In this document: piece after piece, positions 55,773-64,000 of the stretch
Position numbering within the stretch: position 1 is the first letter of the stretch
Layout of the letters: the number at the start of each line of letters is the position of its first letter
Assembly (NCBI GenBank): GCA_035630335.1
Contig: DASQKV010000053.1
Location: forward strand, 12,063 to 76,062
DNA length: 64,000 nucleotides
Direction of reading: 5' to 3'
DNA from: Thermoleophilaceae bacterium
GTDB lineage: Bacteria; Actinomycetota; Thermoleophilia; Solirubrobacterales; Thermoleophilaceae
The notes under the pieces: generated by a model
Seen by the model: only the letters and a program-made list of their open reading frames with translations
Databases searched by the model: none
What the model was told of the DNA's origin: nothing
Made by a program: the position numbers and the translations under genes

Positions 55773-56260
55773 TCGGGTTAGTCGGCGAGGGGCTGGCTGA
55801 GCCTTGAGTGGCTGAGCCGCTCCGGCCGCGATGGTGACCGACTGAGGCATGAGTGGCTGAGCCGCTCCGCCGGGCTTGGCTGGGTAGGGCGAGCAGGAGA
55901 TCGGCGCCGGGCGGGGTTGCGGTCCCCTGTCGGGATGGTTCTCGTGGTATTCGGCCGTTGTTCTCGTGGTATCCAGCCGTTGGCTTGCCCGCCGCGGCGT
56001 TTGGAGGCTGGCGGGTCTGTGCCGGCCGTATTACGGCCGTGATCGGCCCGTTGGCGTGGGTGAGTTGGCGGTGGGCCTGTTGCGGCCACATTCCGGCCGC
56101 AACCGGCCCGTGGCTCGATCTCGCTTCGAGGGGTGGGCCTGTCGAGCGCTTGTGGGGTCCCTGTCCCCTACAAGCGCTCGACGGCCTCCTTGGGCCTGCG
56201 CGAGCTTTGAAATCTCCGGGAGCCGGTGACGAAGCAGTGCTTCGCCACCGGCTCGCGCGT
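55773..56260. repeat. Dispersed repeat element E6 (subfamily B), inverted relative to E5; divergent core palindrome 56141-56182
   Basis: gagtggctgagccgctccgccgggcttggctgggtagggcg and ggttctcgtggtattcggccgtt match the reverse complement of E5. Contains an internal 22-bp tandem duplication at 55938-55981. Core is gtcgagcgcttgtggggtcc-ct-gtcccctacaagcgctcgac. An extra hairpin lies at 56223-56251. The right boundary is approximate. Confidence 0.7.
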
Positions 56261-56528
56261 CAACCCTCGCCGCGTCCCTCCACGCGGTTGCCACCGGCCG
56301 GGGCGGGCACTAGCCGGGGCCGGGGCGTTGGCGCCATCCCTGCCCTCCAAACCAGGGAGCCGAAGCCTGAAGAAGTGGTCGTCTCCTATTCGGAACACGA
56401 CCTTATCTCGCTTGGTGCGCTTGTGTCAAGGGTCAATTTGGTCCTGCGTAAAGCTACGCTCGAACGCTAATCTGGCTAGCATATTTACGGTGGCAATCGA
56501 CAGCAGAAAGCGCAAGGTCCCGATACCG

Positions 56529-56795
56529 ATGACGAACCGCTCCGCAATCCGCGCCGACCTCGGCCTGGCGATCCGCGAGCTGCGCGAGGCGCGCGGCCTG
56601 ACGCTCGACAAGCTCTCGGCGAAAGCCGGCATGCACACGACCTACCTCTCGCGCATCGAGCGCGCGCACAGCAGCCCGACCTGGGAGAAGGTGACCGCGC
56701 TCGCCGAGGCGCTCGACCTGCCCGTCTCGGCGATCGCTACCGCCGCGGAGGCCCAGGCGGACAAGCGCGGCGGCAAGCGCCGCAAGCGCAGCTGA
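56529..56795 (+). CDS. Small XRE-family HTH protein with a basic C-terminal tail
   Basis: LAIRELREARGLTLDKLSAKAGMHTTYLSRIERAHSSPTWEKVTALAEAL. 88 aa. Confidence 0.8.
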   Translation: MTNRSAIRADLGLAIRELREARGLTLDKLSAKAGMHTTYLSRIERAHSSPTWEKVTALAEALDLPVSAIATAAEAQADKRGGKRRKRS

Positions 56796-57319
56796 GCTGA
56801 CGCGCGCATCCGGCGGCGGCCTCGAAGGCCCGGCTCGAGCGCCTCGGCGACGTGGCTCCGAGCCCGTCGCCGAGGCGGCAAACCCGCACGGAGCGCAAGA
56901 TCGCAGACGCGGAAACGCTCCGGGGAGCGACGAATGCGCTTCCCGGGGCGCTCCGGAACGTCTTCCGGAAGCCGGCGGCGGAGCTCTCGCCCCACCGCCG
57001 GCCCGTGTGATCTAGGCCCAAGACACGCGCCCTCCATTCGCGAGTCAATCCGACCGGGCGGGCTTTGGTCGGACGGACCGAATCACACCTTCCCTGCCCT
57101 CCTCAGGGAGCCAGAAGATTTAAGACTCCAGCGACGACTGATGAGGACACGACCTTACCCCGCCCAATTCTCGAAGTCAAGGGTCGAATGCAACGATCTG
57201 GACGAATTTACGAACGGACCGTTACGGCGTGCGCCGGTCGAGCACTTGGAGCAACGGCTCGCGCCTTGTAGCATATCCGCTGTGGCAATCCCAAGCAGAA
57301 AGCGCAAGGCTCTATAGCC

Positions 57320-57580
57320 ATGAGCGCACCCCAACCGACCAGGACCGATCTCGCCAAGGCCATCCGCGAGCTGCGCACCGCGCACGGGCTCACGCTCGAC
57401 ACGCTCGCGTCCAAGGCGGGGATGCACACCACCTACCTGTCGCGCATCGAGCGCGGCCACAGCAGCCCAACGTGGGAGAAGCTGACGGGCATCGCAACCG
57501 CGCTCGGCCTGCCGATCTCGGCGATCGTCGCGGCCGCCCAGGGCCAGGCCGAGCGGCGCAACGGCGGGCGCAGGCGCTAA
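57320..57580 (+). CDS. Small XRE-family HTH protein, tandem paralogue of 56529..56795
   Basis: KAIRELRTAHGLTLDTLASKAGMHTTYLSRIERGHSSPTWEKLTGIATAL. 86 aa. The upstream leader is also conserved. Confidence 0.8.
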   Translation: MSAPQPTRTDLAKAIRELRTAHGLTLDTLASKAGMHTTYLSRIERGHSSPTWEKLTGIATALGLPISAIVAAAQGQAERRNGGRRR

Positions 57581-57986
57581 CCGGCGGTCACCCGAGGCGC
57601 TGGCGCTTCGAGTAGGACGCCGGGATTCGGGCGCGTCGCGTCTGGTCAGTCGCGACCCCGACACTCTGGACACCAGCGGCGGTACACGCGGGCACCGCCG
57701 CTGGCGTGCGCGACATGAGCACCATGAGTCCGCACCCTCCATGCGGACTGTCTCCCTCCAGAAATACTTCCTGGCCGGTGATGGGCCATGCGCACCTCCC
57801 CTTCCCTCCTAGGGGTTCCAGAGCACCGAAGATCCGGAGACCCTCGGTGAGGTCGGACACTAAGGCAACGCGCCCGCCGATGTCAAGGGCTCGAGCCGCT
57901 CGGCGACGAGCCGGGCCCTCCGCGAGCGATCCGGAAGGCCTCCGCTCTCGACGCGAAAGACGCATAGGGACCCCGACTTACTTCAA

Positions 57987-58001
57987 AGTGGTCCGACCAC
58001 T
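57987..58001. promoter_or_regulatory. Candidate TetR operator: a perfect 15-bp palindrome just upstream of the first TetR gene
   Basis: agtggtc-c-gaccact ends 14 nt before ATG 58016 and sits immediately 5' of SD ggaggg. Confidence 0.4.
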
Positions 58002-58015
58002 ATTGTCTGGAGGGC

Positions 58016-59314
58016 ATGACCACGACGCCCTGGGGCAACGCTGATGAGCTACGCGCCCGCCGGCTCAGTCCCGGCCCCGGCGAGACGCCCGAAGCGGTCA
58101 AGCGCAACCAGTGCGAGCGGCTCTTCGGCGCGATGGTGCTCGCGGTCGACAAGTACGGCTACGAGGCGACGCGCGTAGCCGATCTGCTCGAGATCGCGGG
58201 CGTCTCGCGCAGCGCGTTCTACAAGCACTTCGCCGACAAGCTCGACTGCTTCCTGCAGACGATCGACGCGGCGGCGGCGCTCGCGATCGAGCGGATCGGC
58301 AAGGCCTACGACGTCGAGGGCGCCTGGGACGCCCGCCTGCGTGCCGCGGTCGACGCCTTCGTCGAACTCGTCGTCGACCAGCCGGCGACGGCGCGCCTGT
58401 GCGTCGTCGAGATCTACGCGGCCGGTCCCAAGGCGCTCGAGCGCCTCGACGCCGCCGTCGAGGTCGTCGATCGCGCCTTCGCGCGCGCGTTCGAGGAGTC
58501 GCCCGAGCACAGGCGCATGCCCGCCGACCTCGTCCACGCACTGGTCGGCGGAGTCCGCAAGGCGGTGCACACGCGACTGCGCCGGGGCGAGGAGCGCCAG
58601 CTCGAGGAGATCGTCCCGAAGCTGCTCGACTGGGCGCTCGGCTACCGCACGCCGCCGCAGCCGCTGAAGCGCCCGCGCAGGCGCCCGCGGCGAGCCGACG
58701 CGCCCGTCGTCGCGGATCGGGACGAGACGCACGAGCGGCTCACGCACGGCGTGATCGCGACCGTCGCCAAGCGCGGCTACCGCGCGGCGACGATCGCGGA
58801 GATGGCCAAGCTCGCCGGCGCCTCGCTCACGACCTTCTACGACCACTTCCCCGAGGGCAAGGACGACGCCTTCCTCGCCGCGATCGACTGCACCCGCGAG
58901 CTCGCCGTCGCCGCCGCCCAGCCCGCCTATGAGCAGGCAACCAACCCCCGCTATGGCGTGCGCGACGGAATCGACGCGCTGTTCGGCTTCCTCGCCGCCA
59001 ACCCCGAGGTGGCGCGGGTCGGCTTCGTCGAGGCGTTCGCGGCCAACCGCCGTGCGCTCGGCCGCGGCGAGCGGGGGATCGAGGCACTCACGGCGCTGCT
59101 CGGTCAGGGCTGCGCCGATGGCGGAGACGCCGACGCCGTCGCGACCGAGGCGATCGGCGGGGCGATCCACACGCTTCTGCACACCGAGATCCGGCGCCGG
59201 CGCGTCGAGCGGGTGCGCGAGCTGACCCCGACCGCGACCTACGTCGCGCTCGCGCCGTTCGTCGGCCCCGGCGAGGCCGTCGCGATCGCCAACGTCAGCG
59301 TCCAGCGGGCCTAA
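58016..59314 (+). CDS. Fused double TetR-family regulator (two TetR_N HTH modules in one 432-aa chain)
   Basis: HTH 1: YEATRVADLLEIAGVSRSAFYKHFADKLDCF. HTH 2: YRAATIAEMAKLAGASLTTFYDHFPEGKDDAF. Confidence 0.85.
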   Translation: MTTTPWGNADELRARRLSPGPGETPEAVKRNQCERLFGAMVLAVDKYGYEATRVADLLEIAGVSRSAFYKHFADKLDCFLQTIDAAAALAIERIGKAYDVEGAWDARLRAAVDAFVELVVDQPATARLCVVEIYAAGPKALERLDAAVEVVDRAFARAFEESPEHRRMPADLVHALVGGVRKAVHTRLRRGEERQLEEIVPKLLDWALGYRTPPQPLKRPRRRPRRADAPVVADRDETHERLTHGVIATVAKRGYRAATIAEMAKLAGASLTTFYDHFPEGKDDAFLAAIDCTRELAVAAAQPAYEQATNPRYGVRDGIDALFGFLAANPEVARVGFVEAFAANRRALGRGERGIEALTALLGQGCADGGDADAVATEAIGGAIHTLLHTEIRRRRVERVRELTPTATYVALAPFVGPGEAVAIANVSVQRA

Positions 59315-59465
59315 GCAAGCGCCCGCGCCCTAGCCTGGCCAGGGCACCTCGCGTCCCCTTCCCGGCCCGCGCTCCGCTGTCCCGGCCGACAGAGAACAGT
59401 ACTGCTGTGTTCCTATCCTGTAAGATGCTGTTCTTATCGTCTTGCGGAAGGCGCGCGCGGCAAGG

Positions 59466-60107
59466 ATGGAGACCCGTAAGAGGTCCAGTATCAAGCTCAC
59501 CGGCGGACCCCATGGGATCCCGCGCGCGGTAGTCCACGAGGTCCAGCGCGGGCGCCTGCTCGACGCGATGGCGGACGTGATCGCAGAGGAGGGCTACCTC
59601 GCGACCACCGTCCACAAGGTCCTCATACGCGCGCGGATCTCGCGCCGGACCTACTACGAGCTGTTCAAGGACAAGGAGGACTGCTTCCTCGTCGCCTACG
59701 ACGAGATCGCCGAGCAGGTGATCGAGACGGCCAAGGCCGCCTGCCGCGACGCGGACACGACGCCCGAGCGGCGGATCGAGGCCGGCGTGCGCTCGATCCT
59801 CGAGCTGACCGAGCGCGAGCCGAACGTCTCGCGGATGTTCATCGTCGAGGTCCTCGCCGCCGGCAACTCGGCGCGCGAGTCGCGGTCGCGGACGATGGAG
59901 CGCCTTACCGAGCTGGTCGCCGGCGCGCTGATCGACCGCGGCGACGACCGCCGCGAGGCGATGCTGCACGCGCGCGTGCTGATCGGCGGCGTCCACGAGC
60001 TCGTCTACGACTCGCTCATACGCGGGCGCGTGGAGAACCTGACCGAGACCGCGGGCGAGATCGTCACGTCATACCTGTCCCCGCCGGGAGCCGTCCATGG
60101 CCGTTAG
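59466..60107 (+). CDS. TetR-family regulator
   Basis: YLATTVHKVLIRARISRRTYYELFKDKEDCF. Start is ATG 59466 (TTG 59442 in the track). Confidence 0.8.
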   Translation: METRKRSSIKLTGGPHGIPRAVVHEVQRGRLLDAMADVIAEEGYLATTVHKVLIRARISRRTYYELFKDKEDCFLVAYDEIAEQVIETAKAACRDADTTPERRIEAGVRSILELTEREPNVSRMFIVEVLAAGNSARESRSRTMERLTELVAGALIDRGDDRREAMLHARVLIGGVHELVYDSLIRGRVENLTETAGEIVTSYLSPPGAVHGR

Positions 60108-60813
60108 CCCGCCACGGCGACCGCCGTCGCTGCGGACGGCCACCGCCCCCTCGACCGGACGCCGCCGGCGGCCTGACCAGCTCGTCGGCGGCCGCCACGG
60201 GCTGACGGCCGCCGAGGTCGAGGCGTCGCAGCGCGAACGGATCGTGCGCGCGATGACGGCCGCCGTCGGCGAGCACGGCTACCACGGCACGCGCGTGTCC
60301 GACGTCGTCTGGCGCGCCGGCGTGTCGCGCAAGACCTTCTACGAGCTGTTCGGCGGCAAGGACGACTGCTTCGCCGCCACCTACGCGCACTGGCTCGACT
60401 GGCTGCTCGACACCTCGCTCGACGCGTTCGAGACCCAGGAGCAGTGGGTCGACCGACTGCGGGCGGCGCTGACCGCGCTGCTCGGTGCGCTCGCGCGCGA
60501 GCCCGACGTCGCGCGGCTCTGCTTCGCCGAGGCGATGGCGGCCGGCGAGCAGGCGGCGCGCAGGCGTGACGACTGGATGACCGCCTTCGCCGCGGTCTTC
60601 GACTTCCCGGGCGCGCCGCGGGGGGCGCTCGGCGAGGCGCTGCGGACCGGGCGCGTCGGCGAGCTGAGCGAGCTGCTGCGGCGCGAGGTCGCCGCCGGGC
60701 GCGCCCGGCGCCTGCCCGAGCTCGGACCCGAGCTGATGTACTCGATGGTGCTGCCGTTCCTCGGCGCCGACGCGGCGCAGCACGAGCTCGACCGCGCCCG
60801 CGGCAGGCGATGA
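60097..60813 (+). CDS. TetR-family regulator
   Basis: YHGTRVSDVVWRAGVSRKTFYELFGGKDDCF. Overlaps the previous gene by 11 nt. Confidence 0.8.
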   Translation: MAVSPPRRPPSLRTATAPSTGRRRRPDQLVGGRHGLTAAEVEASQRERIVRAMTAAVGEHGYHGTRVSDVVWRAGVSRKTFYELFGGKDDCFAATYAHWLDWLLDTSLDAFETQEQWVDRLRAALTALLGALAREPDVARLCFAEAMAAGEQAARRRDDWMTAFAAVFDFPGAPRGALGEALRTGRVGELSELLRREVAAGRARRLPELGPELMYSMVLPFLGADAAQHELDRARGRR

Positions 60814-61466
60814 CCGCGCAGGGGCCGAGCCCCTCGGTCGCCGCTACCTTCGTGGCGCGCGACGAGCGCGAGCGGCTGTTCGTCGCGCTCGCGCAGCTGA
60901 TCGAGGAGCGTGGCTACGAGAACGTCGCCGTGGAGCAGGTGGCCGAGCGCGCGGGCCTTGCGCCTGACGCGTTCGCGCGCTGGTTCGACAGCATCGAGCA
61001 GTGCCTGCTCGGCGCCTTTGAGGCGATCGCCGAGCAGGCGTGGACCGCCGCCGCCGACGTCTACATGCAGACCCCCGGCAGCTGGGCGGAGGCGGTTCAC
61101 GCGGCGCTCGCCCAGCTGCTCGACTTCCTCGCCGGCTGCCCCGAGCTGACCCGGATGTGCATCGTCGAAGCGCTCTACGCCGGCTCGCCCGCGCTCGAGC
61201 GGCGCGACGAGGTGCTCGGGCGCTTCGCCGAGTTCCTCGAGCCGGGCTTCGCCCAGAGCGCCGACCCGCCGCCGGAGGTCGTCTCGGAGGCGATCAGCGG
61301 CGGCGTCTACGAGCTGGTCCGGGCACACGCGGTCGAGCGCCGGCTCGACACGCTGCCCGACTCGCTGCCCGAGGCGACGGTGATCGCGCTCTCGCCGTTC
61401 CTCGGCAGCGCGAAGGCCGAGCGGCTCGCCTCGCGCCCGGCGCGGGTCGCGGCGGGCCGCCGATAG
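60810..61466 (+). CDS. TetR-family regulator (more divergent HTH)
   Basis: YENVAVEQVAERAGLAPDAFARWFDSIEQCL. ATGA overlap with the previous gene. Confidence 0.75.
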   Translation: MTAQGPSPSVAATFVARDERERLFVALAQLIEERGYENVAVEQVAERAGLAPDAFARWFDSIEQCLLGAFEAIAEQAWTAAADVYMQTPGSWAEAVHAALAQLLDFLAGCPELTRMCIVEALYAGSPALERRDEVLGRFAEFLEPGFAQSADPPPEVVSEAISGGVYELVRAHAVERRLDTLPDSLPEATVIALSPFLGSAKAERLASRPARVAAGRR

Positions 61467-61480
61467 CGGCGCCCGACGCG

Positions 61481-62770
61481 ATGAGCGACACCGTCGACAC
61501 GCCCTGGGGTCCCGCCGACACGCTCCCGGCGCAGCGGCTGCGCCCCGGGCCCGGCATCCCGCGCGAGCAGGTCGAGCGCAACCACCGCGAGCGGCTGTTC
61601 GGCGCGATGGTCGCCGTCGTCGACGAGCACGGCTACGACGGCATGAGCGTCGGCGAGCTGGCGGCGCGCGCGGGCGTGTCGCGCAGCACGATCTACGAGT
61701 ACTTCGAGGACCGCGACGACTGCTTCCTCGCGACGTTCGACGCGCTGATCGCGGCCGGGATGGAGCGGATCGACAGCGCCTTCGACGACGAGGGGTCGTG
61801 GGACGAGCGGCTGCGGGCGGTGCTCGAGACGCTGATCGCGATCGTCGTCGAGCAGCCCGCCGCGGCGCGCCTGTGCCTGCTCGAGGTCTACGCCGCCGGG
61901 CCCGGGGCCGTGGTGCGGCGCGAGCGGGCCGCCGCGGGGATCGAAGCGCTGGCACGGCGCGGGATGGAGCGCTCGCCGGAGCGGGTGGAGATGCCGGCGG
62001 ACGTCGTGCGCGCGATCGTCGGCGGGCTGCGCACGGTGATCCAGCGCCGCCTGCGTGCAGGGACGGAGCAGGAGCTACCGGGGATGATCGACGAGCTGTG
62101 GCAGTGGGTGGTGAGCTATCGCAGCCCCGAGCCGCCGCTGCGCGAGGTGCCGGCGACGCCCGCCCGGCGCGCGCGGCGGGCCGAGCCGTCCGGCTCGCTC
62201 GAGCGGTTGTTCGAGGCGGTCGCGCGGGTGGTGAGCGAGAAGGGTTATGCGGAGATGACGGTCGGCGACGTGGTGACCGACGCCTCGATGTCGCTGAGCA
62301 CCTTCTACAGCCACTTCCCCGGCAAGGAAGCCGCGTTCCTGGCGGCCTGCGAAGCCGCCGTCGACGACACGATCGAGACCGGCCTGCGGACCTTCCGCGA
62401 GCACGACGGCGACTGGCCCGAGCGTGTGCACGCCGGGCTGCGCGACCTGCTCGAATACCTGGCACGGCGCCCGGAGGCGACCCACATGACGACGGTCGAG
62501 CTGTTCGCCGCCGGCGGACGCGCCCAGGGACGGCGCGACGACACGATGGACCTCTTCGTCGGGAAGCTCGCTCCCGGCGACGAGCTGGTATCCGGCGACG
62601 TGCCGATCGTGCTCGAGGCGACCGGCGGCGCGCTCTACACCCTCTTCTACAGCCAGATCGCCGGCAAGGGAGCGGCTCGGCTGCGCGAGATCCTGCCGAC
62701 CGCGACGTTCGTCGCGCTTGCGCCGTTCGTGGGTAACGAGGCGGCGGCGGAGATGGCCAACGGCGACTGA
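61481..62770 (+). CDS. Fused double TetR-family regulator (429 aa), paralogue of 58016..59314
   Basis: HTH 1: YDGMSVGELAARAGVSRSTIYEYFEDRDDCF. HTH 2: YAEMTVGDVVTDASMSLSTFYSHFPGKEAAF. The N-terminus TPWGPADTLPAQRLRPGPG parallels TPWGNADELRARRLSPGPG. Confidence 0.85.
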   Translation: MSDTVDTPWGPADTLPAQRLRPGPGIPREQVERNHRERLFGAMVAVVDEHGYDGMSVGELAARAGVSRSTIYEYFEDRDDCFLATFDALIAAGMERIDSAFDDEGSWDERLRAVLETLIAIVVEQPAAARLCLLEVYAAGPGAVVRRERAAAGIEALARRGMERSPERVEMPADVVRAIVGGLRTVIQRRLRAGTEQELPGMIDELWQWVVSYRSPEPPLREVPATPARRARRAEPSGSLERLFEAVARVVSEKGYAEMTVGDVVTDASMSLSTFYSHFPGKEAAFLAACEAAVDDTIETGLRTFREHDGDWPERVHAGLRDLLEYLARRPEATHMTTVELFAAGGRAQGRRDDTMDLFVGKLAPGDELVSGDVPIVLEATGGALYTLFYSQIAGKGAARLREILPTATFVALAPFVGNEAAAEMANGD

Positions 62771-62821
62771 GCGCCGGGAGGACCGCTACCTTGCGGCGGC
62801 GAATCGGTTAGGTACCTCCAG

Positions 62822-63982
62822 ATGCGCCGCGCGCTGCTCACAGCCACCCTCCTGCTCTGCCTGCTGGCACCCGCCGCGGCGGGTGCCGCGACGACGCATG
62901 TCGTGCGTGGCGCCGGCTTCGGACACGGGATCGGGATGAGCCAGTACGGGGCGTACGGGCTGGCCCAGCATGGTTGGGACTACAAGCGGATCCTCGCCCA
63001 CTACTACAGCGGGACGCGGATCGGGCAGGCGCCGGGCCGCCCGGTGCGGGTGCTGCTGCAGGCGAGCGACCCGTACGTGCGCTTCCAGGGCGCTACGCGG
63101 GCGCCGGGCGGGTTGCGGCTCGAGGCGAGCGTGCTGCACGTGGTGCGCCCGGCGAGCGGTGGGCGGCTGGCGCTCTACGGCCGCGGCGGGAAGCGGCTCG
63201 GGACGTTCTCGGCGCCGCTGCGCGTGAGCCGCGCGGGCGGCGGGCCGGTACGGCTGATGGGGCGCGCGATCAACGGCGTGACGAGCGGGCGCTATCGCGG
63301 CGCGTTCGACCTGTACGCCGGCAGCGCCGGCGGCGTGACGGTCGTCAACGCGCTGCCGATCGACGACTACGTCCAGGGCGTGGTGGCCGGCGAGGTGCCG
63401 TCGTCGTGGGACGAGCAGGTGCTGCGTGCCCAGGCCGTGACCGCGCGGACCTACGCGCTCGCGACGCGCAAGACCGGCGACATCTTCGACCAGTACCCCG
63501 ACACGCGCTCGCAGATGTACATCGGGGTGGGCGGCGAGACATCACGGACCAACGCGGCCGTGCGCGAGACCGCCGGCGAGACCGTCACCTACCAGGGCGA
63601 GATCGCGACGACGTTCTACTTCTCGACGTCGGGCGGCCGGACCGAGAACATCGAGTACTCCTTCCTCGGCGCGCCGCCGAAGCCGTGGCTGAAGAGCGTC
63701 GAGGATCCGTACGACTCGATCTCTCCGCGCCACCGCTGGTCGCTGCGGTTCTCCAACGCCCGCATGGGGGCGCTGCTCGGCTCGCCGGGGACCCTGCGTC
63801 GCGTGCAGGTCCTCCAGCGCGGCAAGTCGCCCCGGATCGTGCGCGCCCGCGTCTACGGCTCGCTGGGGTCGCGGGTGCTGACGGGCGCACAGATCCGGGC
63901 ACGACTCGGCCTCTACGACAGCTGGGCCTACTTCGGCAAGGCAAGGACGGCGCGGGCTAGCCGCTCGTCCAACCGCCGTTGA
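62822..63982 (+). CDS. SpoIID/LytB-domain protein (secreted)
   Basis: Signal peptide. GAGFGHGIGMSQYGAYGLA and YFSTSGGRTENIEYSF. Confidence 0.9.
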   Translation: MRRALLTATLLLCLLAPAAAGAATTHVVRGAGFGHGIGMSQYGAYGLAQHGWDYKRILAHYYSGTRIGQAPGRPVRVLLQASDPYVRFQGATRAPGGLRLEASVLHVVRPASGGRLALYGRGGKRLGTFSAPLRVSRAGGGPVRLMGRAINGVTSGRYRGAFDLYAGSAGGVTVVNALPIDDYVQGVVAGEVPSSWDEQVLRAQAVTARTYALATRKTGDIFDQYPDTRSQMYIGVGGETSRTNAAVRETAGETVTYQGEIATTFYFSTSGGRTENIEYSFLGAPPKPWLKSVEDPYDSISPRHRWSLRFSNARMGALLGSPGTLRRVQVLQRGKSPRIVRARVYGSLGSRVLTGAQIRARLGLYDSWAYFGKARTARASRSSNRR

Positions 63983-64000
63983 CCTTCCACTGGCCGTCCT

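Noticed and set aside
57588-58044. ORFs 57588..57965 (-) and 57706..58044 (+) as possible toxin partners of the XRE genes.
   Set aside because: There is no SD or start context, no recognisable motif and no clear GC3 signal. I left the region unannotated.

Overview
High-GC, gene-dense, Actinomycetota-type chromosomal window. My hand counts of 60-120 nt samples give about 65-70% G+C in ordinary genes. I can support about 55 protein genes. Many long ORFs in the track are alternate-frame or antisense artefacts of the GC bias, and several real genes are internal parts of longer ORFs. I re-set those starts from SD sequences and from ATGA/GTGA stop-start overlaps.

Housekeeping content:
- helicase-nuclease (5' partial), PAC2, OtsB, PolX, SDR, Ppm-type GT2, TrxA
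- acetolactate-synthase-like TPP enzyme, GabD, aspartase, IleRS, LeuRS, SpoIID

Four things stand out:
1. 40.1-55.8 kb holds a LysW (amino-group carrier protein) cluster. A translationally coupled nine-gene minus-strand operon encodes a LysA-like decarboxylase, LysX, LysY, LysZ, a class I aminotransferase, an ATP-grasp ligase, a second class I aminotransferase, a DapF-like epimerase and a class I GATase-like protein. A divergent unit encodes an HMGL/homocitrate-synthase-like enzyme, a 56-aa LysW (absent from the ORF track) and LeuRS. The membership is non-canonical: no LysJ-type class III aminotransferase, no LysK and no homoaconitase. The cluster is followed by a tRNA-Glu(UUC)-like gene split by a 132-nt insertion and by a LeuRS paralogue that has lost both HIGH and KMSKS. 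The whole segment is bracketed by inverted copies of a dispersed repeat.
2. 25.8-36.4 kb is a lower-GC island (about 55-57% in hand samples) with two overlapping giant secreted-protein genes (1131 and 1417 aa) plus smaller secreted proteins that share a Cys-containing module.
3. 58.0-62.8 kb holds five consecutive TetR genes carrying seven TetR modules, two of them natural fused double-TetRs.
4. A palindrome-cored intergenic repeat family occurs six times. One copy is a 521-bp long inverted repeat.

No CRISPR array, rRNA or recognisable transposase or integrase was seen.
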